Positions 18,511 through 31,396 are shown, counted from the stretch's first letter. The stretch: 64,000 bases of DNA from Candidatus Bathyarchaeia archaeon (GCA_038870975.1 JAVZJD010000002.1:192001-256000), one strand, 5' to 3'. The notes: generated by a model not told the origin, from the letters alone. Translations and numbers: made by a program.

Positions 18511-18909
18511 TTAATTCCTTTCGACCCTCCTATCCACCAGGTATAGTATGGATGTTGACGATGAAGCAATTGTGAATATTACATAGGCTGATGTTGCGAC
18601 GATCAACAGTAGATCGCTTTCCAAGGCTAATCCAAGACCTATAAGTACTAGGAAGACAGCTGTTAAAACCCATGAAGACTTCACAAAACTCATGGATGGC
18701 TTAACCCTTTTACCGTATTTTCTAGCCAGAAATGAAATGGCTATGAGGACTGGTGAAACGTAGATAGCTCCTATGAGTGAAGAAGCTATGAAGCCTGCTA
18801 ATACGGCCGCCGCCTCGATGTTTAATTCGAAAATAGGCGTACTAACCAGAGCCGTGAAACTCAATATTCCTAGCAGCGGATACAACATGGCTTTAACAAT
18901 CGGCTTCAA
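18511..18909 (-). pseudogene. C-terminal membrane fragment of a CFI-box-CTERM-type surface protein
   Basis: PIVKAMLYPLLGIL...EAAAVLAGFIASSLIGAIY matches the tail of this domain; the CFIAT box and upstream region are absent. Confidence 0.55.
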
Positions 18910-19171
18910 GCCTCGCTACTGCATCTTCTAGGGAGTCTTTAAATTCCTTGATGTTGTTCTTATCTTTAACCGTCATGTCCTTAGGTGTTGTGGATAGAAG
19001 CTCGCAAGCCCTAGACATCCTCTTCATAGCAACCTTAGAAGTCACGGCTTCCCTCAGCTGGGCTTCTGAGCTATCGCCTTACGTCAGAGTCCATTAGCAG
19101 GAAAGTAGATTAAAACGCGGCTTAAGGCGTAGGTTCTCGGGAAGAAAGAAGCATTTGCATCCAAATAAGTG

Positions 19172-19246
19172 CGGGTCCGCCGGGATTTGAACCCGGGATC
19201 ACCTGCTCCGGAGGCAGGTGCCTTATCCTGGCTAGGCCACGGACCC
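19172..19246 (-). tRNA. tRNA-Arg(CCG)
   Basis: Reverse complement GGGTCCG...CCTGC-CT-CCG-GA-GCAGG...GGGTTCAAATCCC...CGGACCC-G. Confidence 0.95.
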
Positions 19247-19309
19247 CGTTTTAGATTTAGAAGGGTGTTTATCTTAAGCTTTTACTGCGCTATTCTATTA
19301 TGTATTTAG

Positions 19310-20005
19310 GTGAACGGTATGTTTGACTTGAGTCTGGTGAAGAGGTATAAATCTGTCAGGGTTGCAGATGTTGTGGATGCATTGGATAGATATGGATTTC
19401 ATGAAAAGCTCTTGGTATCGCGTAGAATAAGACCCCTATATCCAGGTATAAGAATGGCTGGTTTTGCTATTACCGTTCAAGCGAGGAAGACTCGAGAGGA
19501 AATACCTTCTATGAGTCCTGAGGACTACGATAGATACGCCGAAGACTGGTATAGGCTTAAAGCCAACTACGACTGTTTTATGAAGTATACAGGTCCTGGC
19601 ACGGTTATAGCCATAAACTCAGACGGATGTTTAAACGTGGGCTTCTGGGGTTCCATGATAGCTTTAGTTGCTAAGGCGAAGGGTGTGGAAGGCGTGGTTC
19701 TAGACGGCGGCTGTAGAGATATATGGGAGATTCGACGTATAAGATTCCCAGTATTCTCAAGAAGCATAGGTAGAACAGAGGTTATAGGTCGGTTGGAGGT
19801 GAGGCCTGAAGACGTAAACATTCCAATAACTGTAGGCGGTGTAACGGTAAACCCGTACGATATGATAGTTGGCGACGACGATGGGCTTGTAGTCGTCCCG
19901 AAAAGCATCGTCCACCAGGTGCTGGAGAGGGCTGAAAAGCAGTTAATGGATGATAGGAGGGCTCAGAAACCTTATCTCGACATGTTTGGAATATCTCTCC
20001 CATAG
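19310..20005 (+). CDS. RraA family protein (HMG/CHA aldolase-like)
   Basis: DVVDALD, GFWGSM, DGGCRD, GDDDGLVVVP. Confidence 0.87.
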   Translation: MNGMFDLSLVKRYKSVRVADVVDALDRYGFHEKLLVSRRIRPLYPGIRMAGFAITVQARKTREEIPSMSPEDYDRYAEDWYRLKANYDCFMKYTGPGTVIAINSDGCLNVGFWGSMIALVAKAKGVEGVVLDGGCRDIWEIRRIRFPVFSRSIGRTEVIGRLEVRPEDVNIPITVGGVTVNPYDMIVGDDDGLVVVPKSIVHQVLERAEKQLMDDRRAQKPYLDMFGISLP

Positions 20006-20020
20006 GCTGGCGGTTTTTCG

Positions 20021-20470
20021 GTGGTGGAAATGGGATTCAGACAGGTTGTTCAAGTTGGACTTATTGTAAGCGATATAGAGAAAGCGAGGAGGTTTTGGGC
20101 TAAACTATTAAACTTGGAGGAGCCGCCGATAATTGAAACTGAAGAGTGGGAGTCAACCCGTATGACTTTCAGAGGTAAACCGTCTAAAGGACGTGCTAAG
20201 CTGACTTTCTTCAAGCTGGAAAACATAACTATAGAGCTTATTCAGCCCCTAGGAGGACCCAGCACGTGGCAGGATTTCTTAGATAGACATGGAGAGGGGA
20301 TACATCACATAGCATTTGTGACGGAGAACTTAGATGAAGCTATTGGGAAGCTTTCAGAATTTGACGTTAAAATAGAGCAGAACGGGTACTTCAAAGGCGG
20401 CGGCTACGTGTACGTAGATTCTAGAGAGAAGCTTGGAGCCATATTAGAACTACTCTACTACAGTAAATGA
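20021..20470 (+). CDS. VOC (glyoxalase / methylmalonyl-CoA epimerase-like) family protein
   Basis: QVGLIVSD, IELIQP, GEGIHHIAF, LEL. Confidence 0.87.
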   Translation: MVEMGFRQVVQVGLIVSDIEKARRFWAKLLNLEEPPIIETEEWESTRMTFRGKPSKGRAKLTFFKLENITIELIQPLGGPSTWQDFLDRHGEGIHHIAFVTENLDEAIGKLSEFDVKIEQNGYFKGGGYVYVDSREKLGAILELLYYSK

Positions 20471-20474
20471 TGCG

Positions 20475-20930
20475 TTGGGGATGACTATGGAGTACTTCTC
20501 TACGGATAAGCTCGGTAGGATCTTCATCGTTAGACTAGACCCTGGCGATTACGTTTTAGAAAGCATAACTGAACTAGCGGTTAGAGAGGAAATTAAAGAT
20601 GCAATTGTAATATCTGCAGTTGGAACTTTAGATGAGTGTACTCTACACATGGTCACGACGACCGGTTACCCTCCGAAGGAATACTTCAGACGTTGGGAAA
20701 ATGAGCCTCTAGAGCTCGTTTCAGTGGCGGGTGTTATAGCTGATGGAAAACCACATCTTCACGCCGTAGTCTCAGACAGTGAGAAAGCTTACGCAGGTCA
20801 TCTAGAGGAGGGCTGTAGAACGCTATACCTGGCTGAGATAGCTATTTTAGAGGTGAAGGGTCTGGATTTGACTAGGGTCCGCGATGAGAGGAATATTCTA
20901 AAGTTGGAAAGCCGGAGGAAATACGGATAG
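20475..20930 (+). CDS. PPC/DUF296 domain protein
   Basis: RLDPGD, PHLHAVVS, AGHL. Confidence 0.87.
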   Translation: MGMTMEYFSTDKLGRIFIVRLDPGDYVLESITELAVREEIKDAIVISAVGTLDECTLHMVTTTGYPPKEYFRRWENEPLELVSVAGVIADGKPHLHAVVSDSEKAYAGHLEEGCRTLYLAEIAILEVKGLDLTRVRDERNILKLESRRKYG

Positions 20931-20999
20931 TTGATGGTAGCGTGTAATAGAAAACGTTAATAGGTTTTAGAGCGATTTTGGAGGATCGTAGGATCTGAA

Positions 21000-22142
21000 T
21001 TGAGCAGTTTAAGTATTGGTTTAATCGGTTGTGGAGGAATAATGGACGCCCATCTAGCCGGTTATAAAGCGTTGTATACAGCTGGGTTGAAGGTTTTCAA
21101 TATAAAAGCCGTTTGCGATACATATGAACCGAATGCTAAGAGGAAAGCCGAAGCCGTTGAATCTATCCAAGGTAGAAGACCCAACATCTACTTGGATTTT
21201 GAGGAGATGATTAAACGCGAAGATTTAGATGCTGTAGATATCGCACTACCCCACAATATACACCATACTGTCGCCTCTAGATGCCTCGAAGAAGGTCTAC
21301 ACGTGATAATAGAGAAACCCCTCGGTATAACCATGAGGGCCGCCAAGCTGATAATCGAAGCGGCTGAGAAGTACAATAAAACCCTAGCCGTAGCTGAAAA
21401 CTACAGAAGAAGCCCTGAGAATAGAGCCATCTGGTGGGCTATTAGGCAGGGATACATAGGTAATCCCAGAATGATCGTATGGATGGCGGCGGGATGGAAT
21501 CCAAACCCCTGGGGTTGGAGGGAAGACCGCTTCGCTGCGGGTGGAAGCTGGGTTTTCGATGGAGGGGTACATCTTGCAGACCTAGATAGGTATCAGCTTG
21601 GAAGGGAAGCCTTAGACGTATACGCTGCAACTGAAACCTTTGACCCCGTTAAGAAGGGTGTAAAGGTTACGGTGGACGATATGACTATGGCTATCATAAG
21701 GTTTGAGGGGCGCGTATACGCTCAATGGCTGTGGACTAGAGCGGCACCGGGGAGGGAATTAAACCTGAGGATTATCTACGGTTCACAAGGCGCTTTAAAC
21801 GGTGAAGGCTTAAAGATTCAAAAGGAGGATAGCGTAGAAGTCTACAGAATGCATATGCTGGTAGATAGGATGATGAGGAGTTTAAAGCCTGAGGAGAGGG
21901 AGAGCATGTTTCCAAGAGGTATAACTGATACGTTTGCAACAGAACTCTACGACTTTTACAGCTCAATTGTTGAAAAGCGTAAGCCTGAAGTCGACGGCTG
22001 GGAGGCTTACAGAGACATGGCCATACCCTTAGGCTTCTACGAATCTGCAGTCCTAGGAAGACCCGTAAAGATCAAAGACGTAGAAGAACTTAAAGTTGAA
22101 GAGTATCAAGGCGAGATCAATGAAAGGCTTGGAATACGTTAG
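21000..22142 (+). CDS. Gfo/Idh/MocA family oxidoreductase
   Basis: GLIGCGGI, EKPL, AENYR, DGGVH. Confidence 0.9.
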   Translation: MSSLSIGLIGCGGIMDAHLAGYKALYTAGLKVFNIKAVCDTYEPNAKRKAEAVESIQGRRPNIYLDFEEMIKREDLDAVDIALPHNIHHTVASRCLEEGLHVIIEKPLGITMRAAKLIIEAAEKYNKTLAVAENYRRSPENRAIWWAIRQGYIGNPRMIVWMAAGWNPNPWGWREDRFAAGGSWVFDGGVHLADLDRYQLGREALDVYAATETFDPVKKGVKVTVDDMTMAIIRFEGRVYAQWLWTRAAPGRELNLRIIYGSQGALNGEGLKIQKEDSVEVYRMHMLVDRMMRSLKPEERESMFPRGITDTFATELYDFYSSIVEKRKPEVDGWEAYRDMAIPLGFYESAVLGRPVKIKDVEELKVEEYQGEINERLGIR

Positions 22143-22224
22143 AACGTTAAACAGCATTCTCCTCCACGCCATCTGAGATACTGAGTTTAGAAACACCTAG
22201 AGCCCTACAATTAAGTGTAATACT

Positions 22225-23658
22225 CTAGGTGTATTTTCCAATAGAGCCATAAGAAGTAGACCACTTATTTTTCTGTAAATCTAATATTCTCGCTTTAGCC
22301 TCTTCTAAGGCTTTTAAAGCGCCTAGAAAAACAGGCTCCTGTACAACACCCTTATCGTAGAATTCTTTAAGCTCATCCATATCGTGTACCTTAAGTTCTC
22401 CACCGGGTTTAGCTGAGACGTCAACCGCTAGGTCGACGTACCTTACAAGGCCTTTAACGACTTCAACTGGGGTGTTTATGTTTATGTAGATTCCTTTAAA
22501 TTCTCCACGGTTGGAGAAGTATCTATGCTCTATGAGCCAGTCACCCGGTTTGAATCGTGTTAAAGCGTAGTCACCAGTTTCCTTGGAGATTCCCAGTCCA
22601 TCGTAGAGACCTGGGCCGTAAATTCTCCTTCTAACCGTTAGAAGATCGAATTCGACGTGTTCAACCACTCCAGGGGTGAGGGTTAAAACAGTCCCATCGA
22701 GTTTTCTATGTTCAAAATTCAATCGACTTCCGACTTCTACACTTTTAAACCCGATAAGCCTATCTAAACAGTCTTCGATAAAAACTCTATCCGCACCTCT
22801 AGCCAGCATGAGTTCAGCTAAGTCTACAGCTGCTCCAAATCCTCTAAAACACCTGTAGACGTGATGCCCTCTAACCGTAGGAACCACTTTAGACCTTAAA
22901 TCATCGAGAAGATTTTTACATGGAAACTCCAACTTATAAACTGCCTCTCCTTCAAGTATCAACGTAGATTCAGTTGAACAGCTTTTTCTAAGAAGCTTAG
23001 CTTTCTCTTTAAGCTCTTCAAATTCCCTGAGAAGCTCTTCAACCGGTGCTCTAACAGCCGTGCTCTTCCACCGTATTCCCCACTCTTCTCTACGAATTAT
23101 GGAAGATAGGTTTAGAAGCTCCCTAAAACGGGGGCTCTTCCTCAGCGGCTCATCAAACGCCACGAGGTTGTTTTGCGTTAAACTCATGTAGAAGCCGTCT
23201 ACTGTTATATGCCTTCTCAGGCTGACCGATTCTCCACTCTTCCAAACCGGCTTGTAGGTTTGAACTAGAACGTAATCTCCCGTATTCAACCCTCTACCAT
23301 TCTGAACAAGCCCTTTAAAAGAACCTAAATCTACTAAAACACCATCCTCCGTATTCCCTGCGACAACCCCCTTGTAAACAGAGCCGACGTTTACAAGGGA
23401 CCTCCTTACGAATACGTACTTCAGCCGTTCTACGACCGCCTTCACAGCACTCTCGACTTTTTCAGGTAGACCTCTAACTAAAACTCCCTGTTTATCTGAA
23501 GTTTCAACCACCGCTACATCCGGTTTAACGTTTAAATCTCCTATTTTAAATCTAACAGCTATCGTCCTACTTGGATAGGATATTTCAAAACCCTCGTCTA
23601 ACATAAGCCTTGTAAGAGCTGTAGAGTATATTCCTCTTAAGTAGACTCTCAACGGCAC
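22225..23658 (-). CDS. fau-1: AU-binding ribonuclease FAU-1 (S1 + DUF402)
   Basis: RGIYSTALT, GHH, GLYDGL, YININTPVE, RYVDLAVDV. Confidence 0.88.
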   Translation of the reverse strand: MPLRVYLRGIYSTALTRLMLDEGFEISYPSRTIAVRFKIGDLNVKPDVAVVETSDKQGVLVRGLPEKVESAVKAVVERLKYVFVRRSLVNVGSVYKGVVAGNTEDGVLVDLGSFKGLVQNGRGLNTGDYVLVQTYKPVWKSGESVSLRRHITVDGFYMSLTQNNLVAFDEPLRKSPRFRELLNLSSIIRREEWGIRWKSTAVRAPVEELLREFEELKEKAKLLRKSCSTESTLILEGEAVYKLEFPCKNLLDDLRSKVVPTVRGHHVYRCFRGFGAAVDLAELMLARGADRVFIEDCLDRLIGFKSVEVGSRLNFEHRKLDGTVLTLTPGVVEHVEFDLLTVRRRIYGPGLYDGLGISKETGDYALTRFKPGDWLIEHRYFSNRGEFKGIYININTPVEVVKGLVRYVDLAVDVSAKPGGELKVHDMDELKEFYDKGVVQEPVFLGALKALEEAKARILDLQKNKWSTSYGSIGKYT

Positions 23659-23669
23659 ACCTTGGAATA

Positions 23670-23963
23670 CTAGTCTCTAATACCCTCTAGGAACGATATC
23701 GCCTGCCATATTTTAGTCCTTGTATAAACCGGTATATTCGGGTCTTGACTGATCTCATCGAGAATATCTATTACGTTTGAAGCTCTAGCTGCAAGCGAAA
23801 GCTTTTCAGATTGAAGCTGGTCGATACTTTCCTTAGCGGCTTTCCTAATGTTCCTCGGAGTGGTGGGATCTGAAGCGATCAACTGAAGTATCTGAATGGC
23901 TTTATTCACCCTATCCATGTACTCTTCAACCTTCTTAGAAGACTTCTTACCTTTAGAAGACAA
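23670..23963 (-). CDS. UPF0147 family protein
   Basis: DPTTPRNIRKAA...LDEISQDPNIPVYTRTKIW. Confidence 0.9.
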   Translation of the reverse strand: MSSKGKKSSKKVEEYMDRVNKAIQILQLIASDPTTPRNIRKAAKESIDQLQSEKLSLAARASNVIDILDEISQDPNIPVYTRTKIWQAISFLEGIRD

Positions 23964-24048
23964 ACGTCATCCCCCCGCTTCCCAGTAAGCCGGAGATTAC
24001 TTAAGGTTATAGTTTATTAGTCTATAGTATGATTTTAAGTTTGCTGAG

Positions 24049-24405
24049 GTGGCTTCAGTGAGCGACGATTACGTGAAGAAGGCCGCCGAGGTCATGAAAA
24101 TGGGGGCTAAAATGCTCTCAGAATCATGCCCAATATGTAGAGTACCCCTCTTCAAGCTCGGTGAAGACGTACTCTGCGTCAACTGCGGTAGGAAGATAAT
24201 CCTAGTTAAAGAAGACCAAGAAGCCATCGCCGCTAAAACACCATTAATACTGACAGATATAGAGGAAAGCTTGATCAGCAAAATACTAGAGGTAAGAGGA
24301 AAACTAATGCTCGCTGAAGATTTAGACGATTTAAAGAAGGCTGGAGACGTTCTAAACACCCTACTAGAAGCACTCTCAACTATTAGAAAACTCAGGAAAA
24401 GCTGA
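24049..24405 (+). CDS. UPF0148 / Sjogren autoantigen p27-like Zn-ribbon protein
   Basis: GAKMLSESCPICRVPLF...CVNCG. Confidence 0.87.
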   Translation: MASVSDDYVKKAAEVMKMGAKMLSESCPICRVPLFKLGEDVLCVNCGRKIILVKEDQEAIAAKTPLILTDIEESLISKILEVRGKLMLAEDLDDLKKAGDVLNTLLEALSTIRKLRKS

Positions 24406-24416
24406 AGACCCTCAAA

Positions 24417-24492
24417 TGGGGCCGGCCGGATTTGAACCGGCGATCACGTGGGCCCAAGCCACGTAGCCTAGACCAAACTAGCCGACGGCCCC
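24417..24492 (-). tRNA. tRNA-Pro(TGG)
   Basis: Reverse complement GGGGCCG...CGTGG-CT-TGG-GC-CCACG...GGTTCAAATCC...CGGCCCC-A. Confidence 0.95.
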
Positions 24493-24764
24493 CCCCATCA
24501 AAATCTAGAGGCTTCCAGTATAAAAACTGTTTTCACGACCTCTTAAAAAAGTTTAGAGTAGAAACCCTCAAACCACATCCTTCGAACTCGGTAAAGTTAA
24601 AATCGACTTTCAACCCTTATCGATTAAGACGGAGGCAAAAACACTAAAGCAACACATTTGCTTCATCGCAGATGAAGTCGACCCCTACCTCAACCCACCA
24701 TCATACCCCAATAAGCAGTAAATCGACCAGAATAACCCCCTTGAAACCTAGAGGGGTCAAGCCC

Positions 24765-24823
24765 CCATAAAAATCATCCATAAAATCCTCCATAATAAGA
24801 GCCATAAAAATCCATCATTATGG
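24765..24823. repeat. Iterated CCATAA hexamers, ~12-bp period
   Basis: CCATAA at 24765, 24778, 24790, 24802; CCATCA at 24812; inverted TTATGG at 24818. Confidence 0.7.
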
Positions 24824-24891
24824 AAAAGCTTAAAACGCCAACAATGGAAAGGAGAAAACTCTAAATTTAAGCTCATCTTTAAGAAAAATAG

Positions 24892-24979
24892 GCGGGGGTA
24901 GCCAAGCCTGGTTTAAGGCGCAGGGCTCAGAACCCTGTGGGATAGCCCTTCGTGGGTTCAAATCCCACCCCCCGCACCA
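24892..24979 (+). tRNA. tRNA-Leu(CAG)
   Basis: GCGGGGG...CAGGG-CT-CAG-AA-CCCTG, variable arm, GGGTTCAAATCCC, encoded CCA. Confidence 0.95.
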
Positions 24980-25121
24980 ATTCACCAGCAGTATGAATAT
25001 CAACATTTAAAACCACCACTTACAATACACTCCCACTGGCTTAAACCCCACCCCCATACCAATACCCACCTCTTACCCTTAACAGTCTATTCACTAAACG
25101 TATTCAAAACATCTAAGACCA

Positions 25122-26468
25122 TTAAACTCTAAACATAGCCGTCAACGATAGACTTGCCGCCAGTGTTACTAGCGGCATTATTGTAAACCCGTATTTAGAG
25201 AATTCGGAAAAGGAGATTTTCACCTCTCTATCTGAAAGTATCTTAGACCATATCAACCCAGCGAGAGAGCCTGTTAACATGTAGTTTGCACCTAGATTAC
25301 TTCCGATAACTAATGCCGACGTTAAACTAATTCTGACTTCTTCAGATACCCGCTGTATACCACCCTCTTTGAGGGTTTTAATGAAGAATATAGTCATTGG
25401 ATGATTATTCATAAGACCAGCCGCAAGAGCAGATAAAAAGCTTAAGCTGGAGATTGTAACCATGGGGTTTTTGGAGACTATTCGTGAAATCTGAGAAGCA
25501 AATAGATGAGTCCATCCAGAGGTTGCAAGCCCCTCAACTATGATGAAAAGTCCTATGAGGAATGGGGCTATCCTCCAAGGCATCCTACGAAAAACCATCT
25601 TTGCACGAGAACGGTTGAAAATCAGGTCGTACAGACCCATGACTAAGGCGAAGAGTAGAGCAATAGCCCAAGCTTGAGCGTTAATCCACTCCGTAGGTAA
25701 ACTTATTAAAAACAACATACAACCTAAGGTTAAAAGACCGAAAATAGCACCATTCCTATCCTTAAGAGAATACCGTGGGTCAATATCTGGCACCTTGACC
25801 GATTTTACCACCCTCCGCCGAAATGTGAGTAGAAGCAACAGTAGACATACGAGTGTAGCTGAAATCGATGGAATCAACATCCACCTTGCAAACTCTGCAA
25901 AGTTTACTCCGAAGGCATCTGCGATTACAATATTCGTAGGGTTTCCGATGTACAAGCCCATGCTGAGGGTATTTGCCGCGAAGAATTGAGCGATCAGATA
26001 TGGAACAGGATCTACTTCAGCGTATGCACAGATGTGTATGACGAGGTATGTAACCGTTAGAATTACAACATCATTACTAGTAAACATCGACAAGAAAGAT
26101 GTAAGCAGAAAAAGGTATGTAAAAAGCCTTAAGCCAGAGGCTCCAGCAGTCTTAACAACGCGTAATGAAACATACTCGAAAAAGCCAGTACAGTCTAAAG
26201 AAAGACAGATATATGAAAAGGATAGAATGAACACTATCACAGAGTAGGGTTTTACATAGTCACATCCAAGAACACCCTCCTTTAGCAACGTCAACGCTGA
26301 TGAAGGTGAACTTGCGAGAATAACAGATGCGCATAGAATAGACGCTAATCCATAGTCGATATGGATGCTCTTTGACGTATAAGGAACTTTTACACTTGGA
26401 CGTTTAAATATTAAGAAAATGGCTATGATAAACACAAGCATAGAAATCACTGTGAGCTCATGTAACAT
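25122..26468 (-). CDS. ArsB/NhaD-family ion transporter
   Basis: FTSNDVVIL, GNPTN, MNNHP, GSNLGAN, GSLAG; multiple TM segments. Confidence 0.85.
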   Translation of the reverse strand: MLHELTVISMLVFIIAIFLIFKRPSVKVPYTSKSIHIDYGLASILCASVILASSPSSALTLLKEGVLGCDYVKPYSVIVFILSFSYICLSLDCTGFFEYVSLRVVKTAGASGLRLFTYLFLLTSFLSMFTSNDVVILTVTYLVIHICAYAEVDPVPYLIAQFFAANTLSMGLYIGNPTNIVIADAFGVNFAEFARWMLIPSISATLVCLLLLLLTFRRRVVKSVKVPDIDPRYSLKDRNGAIFGLLTLGCMLFLISLPTEWINAQAWAIALLFALVMGLYDLIFNRSRAKMVFRRMPWRIAPFLIGLFIIVEGLATSGWTHLFASQISRIVSKNPMVTISSLSFLSALAAGLMNNHPMTIFFIKTLKEGGIQRVSEEVRISLTSALVIGSNLGANYMLTGSLAGLIWSKILSDREVKISFSEFSKYGFTIMPLVTLAASLSLTAMFRV

Positions 26469-26711
26469 TTACGTAACCCCCTACCCATCTATTGAAGAGA
26501 TACCACTAACCGCTCGATATATTGCCACAGAAGTTTACTGTCTTTTCAATCGCTCTAAATAAACTTTACAGTTATCAATTGGATTGAATAAACCCCACTC
26601 TAACCATAGAGTAATCTACCTCCAGAGCTTCATCTTCAGTAGTAGTCAGAGGCTTCATAAAACTCTGCATGAACACTTAACAATCAAACGTTATATTAGC
26701 GAACTAATTAA

Positions 26712-29987
<3,276 letters not shown>

Positions 29988-30002
29988 AACAGCTCTCGTC
30001 GT

Positions 30003-30638
30003 TTAGACTCCACTCTTTCCACTTTTATCTAAAATATCGTAGAGCTCCATTAAACTGTTTAACGTCAAAACCTCCGATTCTAATCCCAGTTTTCTCAAGT
30101 TTTCTAACTCACTCATCCTCCTCACTATTAACACTGCTTTACAGCCGTTCTCCAAGGCAGATAATACATCGTTAACTCTATCGCCGACCATCACCGTTTC
30201 AGAGGCTTCGTAGCCTCCCGTAGAAAGTACGAGTTTTATCTGATCCCTCCTAGTTGGACGCTCATCTCTGGAGACCACTACTTTAAATAGATCCCTAATC
30301 CCTATGAGGCTTAATACGTTTTCAATGGCTTTTCTAGATTGGAGACTCGTTAAATTCAGCGTATAGCTTTCACCCAGCTTCCTGAGTATATATGGAGAAT
30401 CATCCAACACGATTAGACCGCTTAGAGATTCAAGCTCATATTTCTCAACAAACCTTGAAACCTCCCAGTACAAATCTGAACCCCACAGCATGGATAGTGT
30501 AACCGTAAAAGATGAAACTTCTCGACCTAGGAGTTTACCCAGCTCTCTGTAAATTAAGCTCCAATCCACTGGAAGGAGGATTAAGGTTTCATCTAAGTCA
30601 AATATCAGGTTTCTGATACTCAGAGTAGTCTTCTCCAC
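30003..30638 (-). CDS. HAD-family hydrolase
   Basis: FDLDETL, VGDRVND. Confidence 0.85.
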   Translation of the reverse strand: MEKTTLSIRNLIFDLDETLILLPVDWSLIYRELGKLLGREVSSFTVTLSMLWGSDLYWEVSRFVEKYELESLSGLIVLDDSPYILRKLGESYTLNLTSLQSRKAIENVLSLIGIRDLFKVVVSRDERPTRRDQIKLVLSTGGYEASETVMVGDRVNDVLSALENGCKAVLIVRRMSELENLRKLGLESEVLTLNSLMELYDILDKSGKSGV

Positions 30639-30726
30639 CGTTAACCACCAGAAGTTGAACTACGGCTTATCTGTTAAAGACCTACATAAATTTTCCCCCA
30701 GGAAAAAATAGAGAGTTAAAATGATC

Positions 30727-31275
30727 TCACCAATGATTGTAGCGGACTATTTCATCCAATGGTTTTCGATCGGTTACAGGTTCTTTCCTCTCAGCTGGAT
30801 AGCCTAAAGTTATCATCGCAACAACTCTTGCCTCTTCTGGAAGACCTAAAACCTTCTTCACTTCCCCCTCCTCGTGAAAAACACCGACCCAGCATGTTCC
30901 AAGACCCTGCTCCCATGCGGCTAGAACGAGGTTTTGCAAAGCTATGGCTACATCAATCTTCCAGAAGTCTGTTCCAGGGAAGCTTTCACCCGGTAAAGCG
31001 CAACCAACTACTATGACTGGTGCTGAACGTATGGGGTCTCTAGGCGGACCTCTTAGAGGTTCTCTAGGAGGAGGTCTCAGCTTCTCCTTAGTAAGTCTTA
31101 ACTCCTCCTTAACTTTTGGGTCTGTTACAACGATGAAACGCCATGGCTGTCTATTTCCAGCGGAGGGCGCCAATCTAGCGGCTTCTAAAACCTTTCGAAG
31201 CTTCTCCTCTTCGACTGGTTTATCCTCGTAAACCCGTATGCTCCTTCTAGTTCTTATGGCTTCAAAAACCTCCAT
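30727..31275 (-). CDS. Nitroreductase family protein
   Basis: RRSIR, APSAGNRQPW, GLGTCW. Confidence 0.92.
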   Translation of the reverse strand: MEVFEAIRTRRSIRVYEDKPVEEEKLRKVLEAARLAPSAGNRQPWRFIVVTDPKVKEELRLTKEKLRPPPREPLRGPPRDPIRSAPVIVVGCALPGESFPGTDFWKIDVAIALQNLVLAAWEQGLGTCWVGVFHEEGEVKKVLGLPEEARVVAMITLGYPAERKEPVTDRKPLDEIVRYNHW

Positions 31276-31333
31276 ATAGACCGATAAAGAAACCTCATAG
31301 AGCCTCTTAAGACTTTTTTCGATTGCTATTTTA

Positions 31334-31396
31334 GGGGTCTGCTACTGCAGCCGTCGTCATTCATCTGAACGACTGGGATGGCTTCTTCATCCCCCC
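31334..31396 (-). ncRNA. Candidate box C/D methylation-guide sRNA
   Basis: GGGG-AUGAAGA(C)-16 nt-CAGA(D')-UGA-AUGACGA(C')-12 nt-CAGA(D)-CCCC terminal stem; BRE-TATA GAAAGGTTAATATT ~30 nt upstream. Confidence 0.7.

Larger units (their letters stand above)
5745..19100. mobile_element. Accessory island: HEPN-MNT / PaREP1 / aspartic-protease cluster within an eroded glycosylation locus
   Basis: Dense small TA-type genes, many gene fragments and a TnpB remnant; bounded by tRNA-Ser and the 3' end of tRNA-Arg. No integrase or att repeat seen; boundaries approximate. Confidence 0.75.

Noticed and set aside
5745-19246. Integrated virus or plasmid at tRNA-Arg
   Set aside because: No integrase, structural genes or duplicated tRNA 3' end (att) found by eye.
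24432-24647. 71-aa ORF
   Set aside because: Antisense overlap with tRNA-Pro.
24892-24979. tRNA-Sec, because of TCA in the anticodon loop
   Set aside because: The stem register gives loop CT-CAG-AA and a standard 7-bp acceptor, so this is Leu(CAG).
26600-26665. Second C/D sRNA or riboswitch upstream of the ArsB-like gene
   Set aside because: ATGAAGC/CTGA elements are present, but there is no terminal D box or stem and no fluoride-riboswitch consensus.
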